Origin: Octopus bimaculoides
Taxonomy: Eukaryota
Direction: 5' to 3'
NCBI RefSeq assembly: GCF_001194135.2
Contig: NC_068994.1
Coordinates: forward strand, 35,425,731 to 35,489,730
DNA: 64,000 bases
In this document: positions 52,528 to 64,000 of the stretch, piece after piece
Layout of the letters: each line of letters begins with the position of its first letter
Numbering within the stretch: the stretch's first letter is position 1
The notes under the pieces: model-generated
The model's database searches: none
Told to the model about the DNA's origin: nothing
Seen by the model: only the letters and a program-made list of their open reading frames with translations
Position numbers and translations under genes: made by a program

Positions 52528-54945
52528 CTGATAAGTTCCTTGACCTATGTCTGGATGTTGTTGCTGCTGCTGCTGCTGCTGTTGATGCCGTAAAGATGAA
52601 CTTTTCCAGGTATTATCTGAATGAGGGTCCCTCCTTAAGACAGTTGCAGGGTGAATTCCTGGATGTGTCACCATTATGACTTGTCCGTCATTTTGTGGTG
52701 TCATTTGTTGACACATATATTCAGACTCTCCTCTATCACCTATAAATTTACTGCTTTGGTCTATTCCATCGGTATATAGAATATCTCTGTTATGATTTCT
52801 TCTTACAATGCATACAGTCACTGAAACTACAATGGCAACAGAAACTATCACAGCTGCTACTACTATAATAATCATCAAGTTAATATGTATTCTATTATCT
52901 GACTCTGTGTCTTCAGAGATGTACATTCTGGCTGTTGTATTGCTAACAGTTAGTGTCAAGAAGAGTGTAGTTGTTGCTGATAGAACTGGAGTACCACTGT
53001 CTTTGACAGCTAATTCTAAATTATATGGTCCAGCATCATTTTGGTAAACTGTCCGAGAGAAAGATAAAACTCCTGTATAAGGGTTAACCTTAAATAATTG
53101 TTTGTCATTACCTCCATGTATTTCATACCTAAGGAAGGAATTAACATGACTGTCTCTATCAGAGGCTCTTAATGTTGTGATGTCACTCTTACTCTGTGGA
53201 TGGTAATGGACATCTAGATTGAATGGGTTAACACTGGGAAACGTAAAATACGGTGCATTGTCATTTTTATCCATAACTTCAACAACAACAACTGCTGTAC
53301 TGTTGAGTGAAGGTATACCATTGTCTTTGACTAAAACTTTGAAATTAAAAACTTCTTGCTGTTCCCTGTCCAGTGGCTGAGTTGTTGAAATGAATCCAAA
53401 GTCAGATATTTCAAATGGAAGAAGGAGACCTTTGCTGTGACCAATCAAAGAGTAAGTCAACTGACCTCCAAGCCCTAAATCAGGGTCTGTTGCATTAATA
53501 TAGCCCACAGGGAAATTGGGTTCTTCATTTTCATAAGTAAGAAATTTGAATGTATCTTTGGTGAAATGTGGTTGTACATCATTGACATCAAGCACTTGAA
53601 TTGAGAACTCTCTAACAGTTTTCAAAGGTGGTGATCCATGATCCTCACAAGTAACAACCAAATCAACATGGTTGCTCTTCTCTTTGTCAATTTGTTTCAT
53701 TACAACCACTTTGTACTTCTTTAGACCCAAACTCTTGAGCTGAAATCTATTATTATTGAGGTCGCAGCTAACATTTCCATTTTCTCCAATGTCATTATCT
53801 GTGATTTTCATGAAAGCAATAAAGCTGCCTATTTTAACACCTTCAGAAATTGCGACTTTGTTTTCAGCTGATTTTGAAATAAAGTTCAAGTCAATAACTG
53901 GAGCATTATTTTGGTTGTTGTTTATATAAACCAACACCACTGCTGTTGAACTCGAAGGTGGATTTCCACCATCGGTAGCTTTCACGAATAGCTTAAACAT
54001 ATTTTTAGAACCTGATGTGGTGTCTTTTTTTATATAAATATCGCCTGTTTCTTTGTCCAGTCTAAAGAAAGTTCTTGCTAAAGCTGATGTTTTGGAACTG
54101 AACAAATATGAGATTTTTCCATTGTCACCTGAATCAAGATCAGTAGCTGACAAAGTAATAATTGGTCTAGACTTATCAAAACCATTATTAACAGAAACAT
54201 TATAGAGATTTTGACTAAATACTGGTAAGTTATCATTGACATCTGTAATTGCAATATTAATTTCTAAAAATCCTTGTTTTGTAGGAAATCCTTCATCTCT
54301 GGCAATAATTTGTTCCTTGTAATGTTCATTTGTTTCCCGATTTAACTTCTCTTGTAAAATTAACTCCAGACTATCTGTGCCATCAACCTTCTTAGAAACA
54401 GATAAGATAAATGGATCATTTAGATTTTTTTTTAAGTGGTAAGATATTTTTGAATTTAAAACACCTACATCTTTGTCAATGGCATTAGGAATAAACTTTG
54501 CTGTTCCTTTCCCATCAGTTTCAGAGAATTGTAAATTGATTTGTTTCTCAGGAAACTCAGGTTGATTGTCATTAACATCTTCTATGATTATTTTTATTTC
54601 AAGAATTTTTACAAAGGACTCTTTATTACGGACTGCAACATCCACCATCTGGAAGCACTCTGTGTTATATTTACAGAGTGCTTCAGCATCCAATGTTTTG
54701 GTTGTGTAAAGTTTCCCAGACTCTGATACATTGAACCGTTGTGAACTAGTTGTTGCATCTTGCTGGAGTGTGCTAAACCAAATAAGATTCTTCTCCTGGA
54801 ATGGTACAATACCCAGGGTTTGTGTATCTACTGCAATGTTTCCAACAAATGTTCCAGGGATCTGATCTTCTTCTATATGATAAATATGGTCAATGCCAAA
54901 TGATCTATCCACAAGCGACAGGAACAACCATACAACCACCAGCAT
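52528..54945 (-). CDS. Protocadherin, large first coding exon (806 aa): signal peptide, 6 cadherin (EC) repeats, TM helix, proximal cytoplasmic region with polyQ
   Basis: 833-aa ORF with motifs EDVNDNQP, DVNDNLP, DVNDVQP, DKNDNAP, DxD (ATDLD, ATDPD, ASDRD) and LDRE; EC1 C-X5-C (CKYNTEC); hydrophobic TM (LMIIIVVAAVIVSVAIVVSVTVCIV). Donor TATCAG|GTATTT at 52528/52527 (phase 0); the ORF then runs into an (AAT)n repeat. Confidence 0.96.
52558..52584 (-). repeat. Coding (CAG/CAA)9 polyglutamine tract
   Basis: Plus strand ttg ttg ctg x6 ttg encodes Q9 just before the exon-1 donor. Confidence 0.9.
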
Positions 54946-54989
54946 TTTTCTCTTTTCAAATTACTGTTAGGTAAGCTGATACAGAAACT
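54946..54989 (-). other. 5' UTR part of the protocadherin large exon, after a splice acceptor
   Basis: Minus strand reads TTTTATTTTTAATTTTTTTTCAG|AGTTTC..., with the exon starting 44 nt before the ATG. This implies an upstream non-coding exon. Confidence 0.6.
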
Positions 54990-56214
54990 CTGAAAAAAAA
55001 TTAAAAATAAAAGATTACAAACTGAATAAAAACTGTCACAATTTTTAGAATGACTACAACAACAACAAAAATATTCCATTTCAAATTCAGATTTCTTATC
55101 CCACTAAATATGAAGAAATGATTACTTCTCTTATAATAGATGTAACCATTAGGGAAATCACAAGTGTCTACCAAAAATATTTCTTAAAAATAAGAGGACC
55201 AGTGTACTTTGAATAAAGGCTTTTGCAATATTAATATTTTGCACTGAGTTACTGAGACACCCTTATTACTCATACCACATAATAAATACAATGAATCATT
55301 GACTAGTTCATTTGATATATGTGACCAAGAGTGCTAGTTCACTGATTGCTATATAAAATATTAATAAGAATATAGTCTTCTGCTGGGTTACCTCTTAACT
55401 AACTATAGCTTACAATGGAAAATAGGTTAAAGTTACAGTTACAATTTGGTTCGAAAGTGTTATTGATGGTTAGTCTCAGGTCAACCATGACAGCAGCCAG
55501 TGCAGTTATAAAAGGCCATTCTAAACATGACAATACTCAATTTCACCTGAACTAAGGTACCTTGGATAACATTATCCAATGTTTCCTAGTATAAGATGGT
55601 AGAGGAGGTGTAGTTTGAGGGAAATTCAGCAAATGATTTCTAGCAAATTGCATGACCACCAAGGCAACTCCTCACTGGCTTTAATGTGACTCCCTCATAG
55701 ACTGGAGAGGTCCAGCTGGTGGGTATTGATGTGTACTGCACCAATCTACTTGTTTTATCTCCATGACTATGGGGAACTACTTCCAATAAAATTTTGTGTC
55801 TGGTTCCACTAATTATAATCTTTTTCTTTCTATTTTGTATGTAATGTTGTGAAAGAAACAAAGAATGGATGAAAAAGACTCTATTTAAAAGCTAAAATTA
55901 TATTTAGCTTCGCACACACACACAAACGCACACAGACATACACAAATAATGAACAAACGTAAATAAGTAAAGAAAGAAAAATAAGAAAGAAAAGTAGAAG
56001 AGAAATAAACAAAGAAGAAAAATAAGTGAAAAAAGAATGAGAGAGAGAGAGTGAGAGAAGGAAGGATTGCTTCTTGAAAAGTAGAGAATAACTGCTTCTT
56101 GTTATAAGGCAAGAAGAGTTTTGGAAATGTTGTTGCTGATACAGTTTCTTTAATGATAGTGTCACAGACTGAGAATCACAAACAGCAAAAAGAACAAAAA
56201 AAGCCCAAAACTTT

Positions 56215-56260
56215 GAACAAAGAGCAAATTGGCTTTGGTCACGTAACAGTTTTATAGAGA
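56215..56260 (-). promoter_or_regulatory. Possible core promoter of the protocadherin 5' non-coding exon
   Basis: Minus strand CTATAAAACTGTTACGTGACCAAAGCCAAT in a unique island 1.3 kb upstream of the ATG. No convincing downstream donor found. Confidence 0.2.
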
Positions 56261-56285
56261 TACACACACAAACATACACACACAG

Positions 56286-56318
<33 letters not shown>

Positions 56319-56574
56319 CACACACACATCTATATATGTGTATGTCTGTTTATCTATATATCTATCTACTTTTCTCTCTCTTTCTTTCTTTCTATCTATC
56401 TATCTTTCTGTCTGTCTATCTATCTATGCACACACACACACACACACACATATACATATACATGCTCAGAAAGAGAAAAATAGAGAGATAACATGAATTG
56501 CTCTAATATTGGAAAAGAATACTTTGTGGTATTTCTTCTGGCTCTTTACATCCTGGGTTCAAATCCCATCAAGG

Positions 56575-57120
56575 TCAACTTTTGCCTTTCATCCTTTCAG
56601 GGTTGATAAAATAAAGTATCACTCAAGTACTGAGATAGATTTAATATTTAGATAAAGCATTCTAACTGTGAGTAGAATTGTAACTGAAGATTAAGACTTT
56701 GCCTTTCATCTTCCTGGATTTGATGAAATTAAGTAGCAGTCAAGTACTGGGACAAATTTATAATTCCTTTAAAGCATCTGATATATTAACAGAATTATAA
56801 CAGAAGACTAGAACTAACTTCCACTTTCACCTTCCTGGTGTTCATAAAATGAAATACCAGTCAAATACAGGGTTAGCTTTAATATTTCTTCGAAGAATCT
56901 TAGAAGTGAAAAGAATTATTATAGAAGACTAAAACTAACTTTGTCTTTCACTCTCTCAGCGTTCATAAAATAAAGTACCAATCAAATACAAGGGTAGATT
57001 TAATATTTCTTTAAAGCATCCTAGATGTGAATAGAATTATTATAGAAAGCTAAGGTTAATATTGACTTACATTTTTCCAGAGCTGATAAATTATACTACT
57101 AGTTAAGTACTGAGATTGAT
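56575..57120 (+). repeat. Minisatellite, about 5 copies of a ~120-bp unit derived from the SINE B core
   Basis: Unit (A)ACTTTGCCTTTCATC...ATAAAATAAAGTACCAGTCAAGTAC...GATTTAATATTT...AAAGCATC...AGAATTAT.A.AGAAG recurs near 56578, 56697, 56817, 56937, 57057. Confidence 0.8.
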
Positions 57121-57699
57121 TGGTGGTCTGCTGGTGCAAATCAGTCAACATTGTTGTCTGTATTTTAGGTAAAGCTATAGCTTTATAAGATCTGTTCAGA
57201 GTTACCTCTCTTAGGTATTTCTGATTGATAAAAGCCAAGGATCTAGTAACATTGATGTCTAGGAATCATGATAGATAGCGACACTGAACAGATATGGTGA
57301 TTTTACACCTTTTTACCATTTGAGAAAATTTTCTCTAGGGTAACTGCAGTGAATTTGCTTTTTAGCAGTTGAAATATGTCAGAAACATATTTTAACTAAC
57401 CTAAACTTTGCATATATTCCTATAAAACATTTTAGATGTAAACAGGATTATCTGGAAAATTGTACTCTTCACTGCCTTAATCCATCTTGCTGCTTGTCAC
57501 CCAATAATATTACATACATCTTAAATTCCACCAAGGTCGACTTTGCCTTTTATACATTCTATGTTGATAAAATAAGTACTAGTTGAGCACTGGGGTTGAT
57601 TTAACTTATCCCCTCCTGGAAAGAGGTGGCCTTGTGCCAAAACTTGGAATCAATATTACATGTCAGATCATGAATTTCAAACAATAGACTATACATTTG

Positions 57700-58135
57700 T
57701 AATTTCATGGCCTCAAGTTCAGACCCATTGTGTGGCATTTTGTGCAAGCATCTTCTATTATAACACCAAACCGATAGATACTTTGTGGGTGAAATTGGTT
57801 GATGGAAGCTGCACAGAAGCCTGTTTCATATGCATATATATATATGTATGTATTTGCATGTGTGTGTGTGTATATATATATATGTGTGTGTGTGTATGTA
57901 GGCATGTATGTATACATTTGTGTGTGTGTGAGTGCGTATGCTTTATGTTTGTCTCACATACCTTGACTATTGATGTTTGTTTGTTTACAACCCTGTAACT
58001 TGGAATTTCAGCAAATTTAACTAAAGAGTAAGTACCAGACTTAAAATAAGTGCACATTGATTTGATTGACTAAACCATTCAGAATTGTGCACCAGCATGG
58101 CTATAGTCCAGTAACAGAAACAAATAAAGGAACAA
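57700..58135 (+). mobile_element. SINE family A (diverged); further partial copies near 21890-22200, 27170-27330, 28575-28740, 41890-42050, 45780-45960, 62570-62710
   Basis: Shared head and tail motifs. Confidence 0.7.
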
Positions 58136-58831
58136 AAGAATCCATCACATTTCTAAGAGTCACCAGATCCTTATCATTAGTTCTTAGGTTTTGCTGTCAC
58201 ATGTTAGCTGTGTTCTTTGACATAAATCATGCAATGATGTGCAATTTTATACAGAGGATTAATCTCCATATTATCAACATAGGGAGGAGTTATTTAAGCT
58301 TCCATTCTTCTATTCGTTGTAAGTTTTAATCTTTAATTCATCTATCATTACTGGCTTATCCCCCACCAGCCGTGGTGATTTAGTTGGCAAAGATTTAAAG
58401 AAAGAAAATATTTCATTACTTCTGAATATACTTCGCAGCAGGATATAGGTCTATATGTACATATATATATATATATATGTATATGTATGTATGTATGCAT
58501 GTATATGCATATGTATACACACACACTTATAGATAGACAGATAGATAAATATGTGTGTGTGTATATAATTGAATATTTATAATTGCATGCGTATAATTAT
58601 ATATATGTATGTACATCTATACACATATATATATGTGTGTGTGTATGCATGTATGTATATATGCATACATACACGTGTGCATATGTGTACATATAGACAC
58701 CTGCATAAACACAATATATATATATGAGTATATGCGTTTGTGTGTATGTGTGTATATATGCATATGTATATATGCAAGTGTGTGTGTGTACATGTGTGTA
58801 TGTGTGTGTGTGCGCAATTATATGTATATAT

Positions 58832-58906
<75 letters not shown>

Positions 58907-60236
58907 TATGTATATATAAACTCATATAGAAATATACATATATATGTACACATGCATGTAAGTATGTCTATAATCTTTATGAAGGATAGTGCCAGATTAA
59001 TGTTGGGTGCATTCAGTGCTGTGGAAATATGTGTGTCTTCACATTATCTAAAATATTTTCATATGTTTCAACATATTTCTTATGTAGTATTGGTTTCACA
59101 TAGAGACAACATGCTCATGTGGATAAAACTCAAGACTCATTGTCATAGGAATTGAGAGTTCAAATATGCTACTGGTGTCATTGTTGTGTGTTTGTAGAAT
59201 AAACTTTTTAACTCAATGTCCTTTTGTTTGCTTAACCGTCAACATTAGGGAGAAGGCATTCACATTTTTATGGGGAAAGCAAAGAAATAGCCTCTACTTA
59301 GTTGCTTGATACAAAACTCCTTTGTATCACAACCTTTTATCTTTACAAATGAAGAACACATTTAATAATGTAGTCCTAGATACTTTCTGTCAGCAAAAAG
59401 ATAAAAAGAAAAAATGGTCTGATCTGAATGCATTTGACCGTAGGTCTTCTCTATCAGGGGTGAATGGGTTAAATCACTACAACAACCGCATCTTTGAAGC
59501 CATGAAGGAGCTCTACATAGTTGCTCAACCAGTTAAATCTCTTTCAGTTTATATCCTTTCATTTTAAATAAAAGGACACATTAGATAATGATAATGTTAT
59601 TCTAGACAAATCCCTAAATTGACAGAGGGTGGTCATAACTGGAAATTGTTTGAGCAAAAGTTTGCTACATGAGGGTTGGCCTAAGGTTAAAGAAGAACAG
59701 CCAAACACCAGAAAGGGGAAAAGAGAGAGGGGGAGAGAGAAACAGGCAAACAAACAGGCAAACATATTGATTGTTGGGTGGGTGAAGAGGTGAATGTGGA
59801 GCAAGATTAGTAAATTGGTAAGTTGGTTCATGGGGTGCTGTATAGATAGATAAATAGATAGATTTTATTCTAATTAAATGTTGACCTTAATGATTTAAAG
59901 GTTTCTCTGCCAATACTTTCAATTAAAGATTTTCTTTCAGATTTCTTAACAAGCTATTTTACATACTGTGAATACTTCTTTGTTTTTATTCCAAAATAAA
60001 GTAAAAACTTAAATCAAAACTTTTAGTTTTTTTTTTTTTTTAAATAAAAGCAACCAAAATATACTTATTTTATGCTATATAAAATTAAAATTGAAAACAA
60101 ACATGTTAGCATGTCAAGCAAAATGCTAAGCATCATTCCTTCCTGCTTTTTACACTCTGAGATCAAATTCTGCCATGGTCAACTTTGCTGTTCGTCCCTT
60201 CATGGTTGGCAAAATAAGTACCAGATGAGGACAACA

Positions 60237-60847
60237 TTTTTGACAAAATTTCGTATTTTAAAAGTTATTTCGTGTTAAAGTTGTCGTATTTGGGTAATTT
60301 TAACCAATCAACGACGTGTATTCAGTTGAAGAAAGTTATTGCTATTTGCAATAGTAATCAAAGAGCAACAACTTCCGGGTCATCTCTACTAAATGTCACC
60401 ATTCTGTTCTATTTTATTTTTGTTTACTGCCTGTGTTGCATATTACATGCCTTTTTTTCTTTGGTTCTAGTGTCGAAGTAACCAGTAAACATTGAAGAAT
60501 CAACACCAAGTAGGAAGAAATATTTACATATATTTATTCATTTGCCCAACATGTAGTTAGAGATACAGCAGTAATTGTAGTGGCAGTGACAACAAGTTCG
60601 CTCACTGGTTGGTAGCGGATAGTGTAGAAGTGGCTGTCTGCCAGTAGAGAGGGAAAGAGTAAGGAGTGCATGGTGCTGACTACAAAGGAAGAAAAGTGGT
60701 ATGACTCAGGAGTTGTTGCTTTTCGATTACTATCGTAAACAACAGTTGCCTTCTTCAACTGAATACACGTTGTTGATTGGTTAAAATTACCCAAATGTGA
60801 CAACTTTAACATGAAATAACTTCTAAAATACAAAATTTTGTTAAAAA
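60237..60847. mobile_element. MITE-like element with about 146-bp terminal inverted repeats
   Basis: 60237-60382 is the reverse complement of 60702-60847 with scattered mismatches; no clear TSD. Confidence 0.8.
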
Positions 60848-62298
60848 CATTGAAAGTAAACCATGCTCAGTGTGAGAAATTACACCAGTATACGAAGTTT
60901 TAAACTATTTAGTTAAAAATAAGATAATTAAAAAATCTGTGAGCGAAAAATGAACATATCCCTTAGTACCAAGTCATACTAAGTTGTGAGTGATGGCTAT
61001 GCATTTTTTTTCATTTCTCTTTTATTCTTTTATAAGATGGTTGAATATAAATGATTTGAGAGAGATTAGCTACTATGTCTAACAGATTATGCAATCATGT
61101 ATAAACTCCCTAGTGTTATATGATGGTATGCCATTTGATCAAGTAGAGGTCGATATTTTGTGCTTGGCGCCTCCTTTGGAAAGGAAACAACCCTTTATTT
61201 GTATTACTTTATGTTAACATTAAAATTGTAAAAGAAAACAATAAGTTTTTAATTATAAAAAACTAAATAGATCAATAAATAAATAAATAAATAAATAAAG
61301 GTGTGGGGGGAGAACATTCCAGAAGTAAAGGAAACTGAGGAATTTGTTTAAATAATTTTGATGGAAGGATGGGTAACATGTAAGAAAGAATATGGATTCT
61401 AATTATTTTTTTAGGGATTTTTCTTTTTTTTTTATGTGTTTATGCTTACTGAAGAACATTAAAGAATGGGAATAAACACAGAAGAGTTGGATCATGATAT
61501 TCCATGAAATTAACTAGAAGTTAACATTGTGATTGACGCTTTCTTCAAAAATGAGAAAAAACAATATTTGTTTTGTTTTATGTTAGACATGAATTTTAAA
61601 TTAAACAAACAAATAAATAATAAATATAAAATAAAGGGTATATTGCTAAAGTTAAAAGAATTATCCTAAGAAATAATCTGGAGTAAAGGAAGAGGAGTTT
61701 ATCAGTTTCGATAAATTTTAATATCGGGGTGGATAAGATGCAAGGGATAGATTTTAATATCTTTTATCTTTTACTTGCTTAAGTCACTGGACTGCAGCCA
61801 TGGGCACTAGGGTTATACATATATGATGTAGTCATACTGTTGGTGGTAGTGTAGGTGTTGGTAGTAGAGGTGATGTTTAAACAAGGTTACACACACAAGC
61901 ACACACAAATAGACATACACTGCCTTGAGGGATTTAGTTGAACATATTGATCTCACTATATAACTTATAGCTTTTAGCATTCAAATTACTCTGTCAAATG
62001 TAACAGTTATTTATTCACATTGTTTTGAATTAATCATGCATTATCTTGTAGCTAAGAGATTTCAATGATGTGATTGCTTATTTTCAGAATGACCTTGTTA
62101 GGTAGGTGGGAGAAGTTGAATCTGGGTGGTTTGAACATAAAACAAGTAGAATATTTTGGATGGATATGGCCAGTTTGCATGCTAAAGGGTTAAAGTCAGC
62201 TACTTATTCTATTGGTTTCTTTATCAAACTGTTAAGCTTCAAGGACATAAATGAACCAACAATAGTTGTCATGCAGTGGACAGGGGCTATACATATAT

Positions 62299-62343
<45 letters not shown>

Positions 62344-62345
62344 CA

Positions 62346-62567
62346 TACAAAGTCCTCCAAAAAAAGGTATATGTGCCTCGGGAAAGGAAAAAAATCTGTA
62401 TAAATATTTAACATGTGTAAGTACCTCTATAAATATAAATATCTCCTTCAATGTTTTAGCAAATTGCTATAACACTGAATAGATTGCGATAATACTGAAT
62501 TAAAATATTTATACAGATTTTTCCTTTCCTGAAGTGTGTATACATATTTTTTGGCAGACTCTGTGTA
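62346..62567. mobile_element. Short Tc1/mariner-type MITE
   Basis: Imperfect TIRs TACAAAGTCCTCCAAAAAAAGGTAT / ATACATATTTTTTGGCAGACTCTG. Confidence 0.5.
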
Positions 62568-63833
62568 TATATGGGTTTCCTGACAGTTTCCATCTACAAA
62601 ATTTACTCATAAGGCATTAGTAGGCTCAGAGCTATAGTAGAAGATACTGACCAAAGTGTTACACTGTAGGATTGAATGCCAAACCACATGGCTGCTAAGT
62701 GAGCTTTCAGTTAGTTGAGATTGCTTAGTTTATCTTTGTTAATGTTTCACCATCTTAATATATTCTACTTTTTTTTCCTTTATAACAACCAATCTGATAT
62801 AGTCTCCAGTTCTTTGGTTCTTTGATGCAAAAATCACCTGTTTTATTGTACCTTCTATCACACTATTTTCCAGAACATTTAGTTAAATCATATTTCAGAC
62901 TTCAATTTATTGTACCAATTAATGAAAAATAAAGTTACATCTATGCATCATACTTAATGTATACACACTGTTTATAGATCAGTCACTGCAGTACTTATTC
63001 CGAGAAGAGATGTTGTCTCAGAATGAATACTGCAGTATTCATTGTGATACACAGAGTTCTATTTTAATCAAATGCTCCTTTAATTCTGAATTCCAGAAAA
63101 AGTTAGATATTTTACAAAAGCTTTCCAAATTCTTAATTTTTCTCAAAACTAGCTGAAATGTATGCAGCACATTTCATTTAAAAATATATCAAAGGCATGT
63201 GGCTTAGTGGTTAGGATGTTGCACTCACTATCACCAGATTGTGGTTTCAATTTGCAGCCCAGCTGTGCTATTGTGTTCTTGAGCAAAACACTTCATTTCA
63301 TATCACTCCAGTCCATTCAGCCATAAATGGGTAACCATGTGATGGATTGGCATACAAGAGTGAGATAGTGACTCAGGAAAATCTCAAATGCAGGTCATAT
63401 GAGCCATGTTTTGTATTCAGTAATTGAAAGTATGAAGAGTACAATCTGTACTATGAATCCTGACTGGTTAGGACTGGTTGTTCAACCATGTCGAAGGATG
63501 GCTGAATGAAAGAGTGAATGAAAAAATATAGCCATGTAAGGGTTAAAGGCAATAAACTTGTCAAATATAAACTGAATATTTAAACCTTACTACATCCCCC
63601 ACCATCAAAAACAAGAAAACCCTGAAAATACAACAAAAATAATGTAAACAAACAAATAAAATCATTCATTAAATGATCAATAATTAAACAGATTTTCCAG
63701 TCTACTGTTTCAAGCTGCTCTTTCGTTGTTGTTTTCAGTTACTATATTCCTCCTCTGTAACATACATCTAATTATCTATCTATTTCTACTTACATGTACA
63801 TCTATCTATCTATCTATCTAGCTAGCTAGCTAG

Positions 63834-63867
<34 letters not shown>

Positions 63868-64000
63868 GTGTGAGTGTATTTGCATGTGTGTGTGTGTGTG
63901 TGTGTCTGTATGTGTTGTGCATGTGTTTTTATTGCAGGAGTCAATGCCGCTTCCTTGTAATGCTTTGGTTATCTCCTGAAATCACTAATATATATATATA

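Noticed and set aside
56575-57120. CRISPR-like array (also 12227-12681)
   Set aside because: Eukaryotic context; whole units are homologous with no unique spacers and no cas genes.
54990-64000. A second protocadherin variable exon upstream
   Set aside because: No cadherin motifs or long ORF in this interval; any neighbour lies outside the window.

Overview
AT-rich, microsatellite- and SINE-dense animal DNA with six N gaps. The protocadherin type and repeat content point to an octopus genome (inference). The only real gene is a minus-strand protocadherin spanning most of the window. One 2.4-kb exon (54945-52528) encodes the signal peptide, six cadherin repeats, the TM helix and a proximal tail. 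It splices in frame to small cytoplasmic exons that the ORF track misses or miscalls: 34249-34213 and 20121-19868, plus candidates at 19081-19004 and 15067-15024. Each of the three main donors can also be read through to a different C-terminus. The introns hold tRNA-SINE families, RTE and R4/Dong-like LINE remnants, a maT-like transposase remnant and several MITEs. They also hold a Penelope-like element with inverted pseudo-LTRs and a hammerhead-like motif, and a near-perfect 80-bp hairpin. Nearly all other listed ORFs are microsatellite or gap artefacts. Coordinates were counted by eye; repeat boundaries are approximate.
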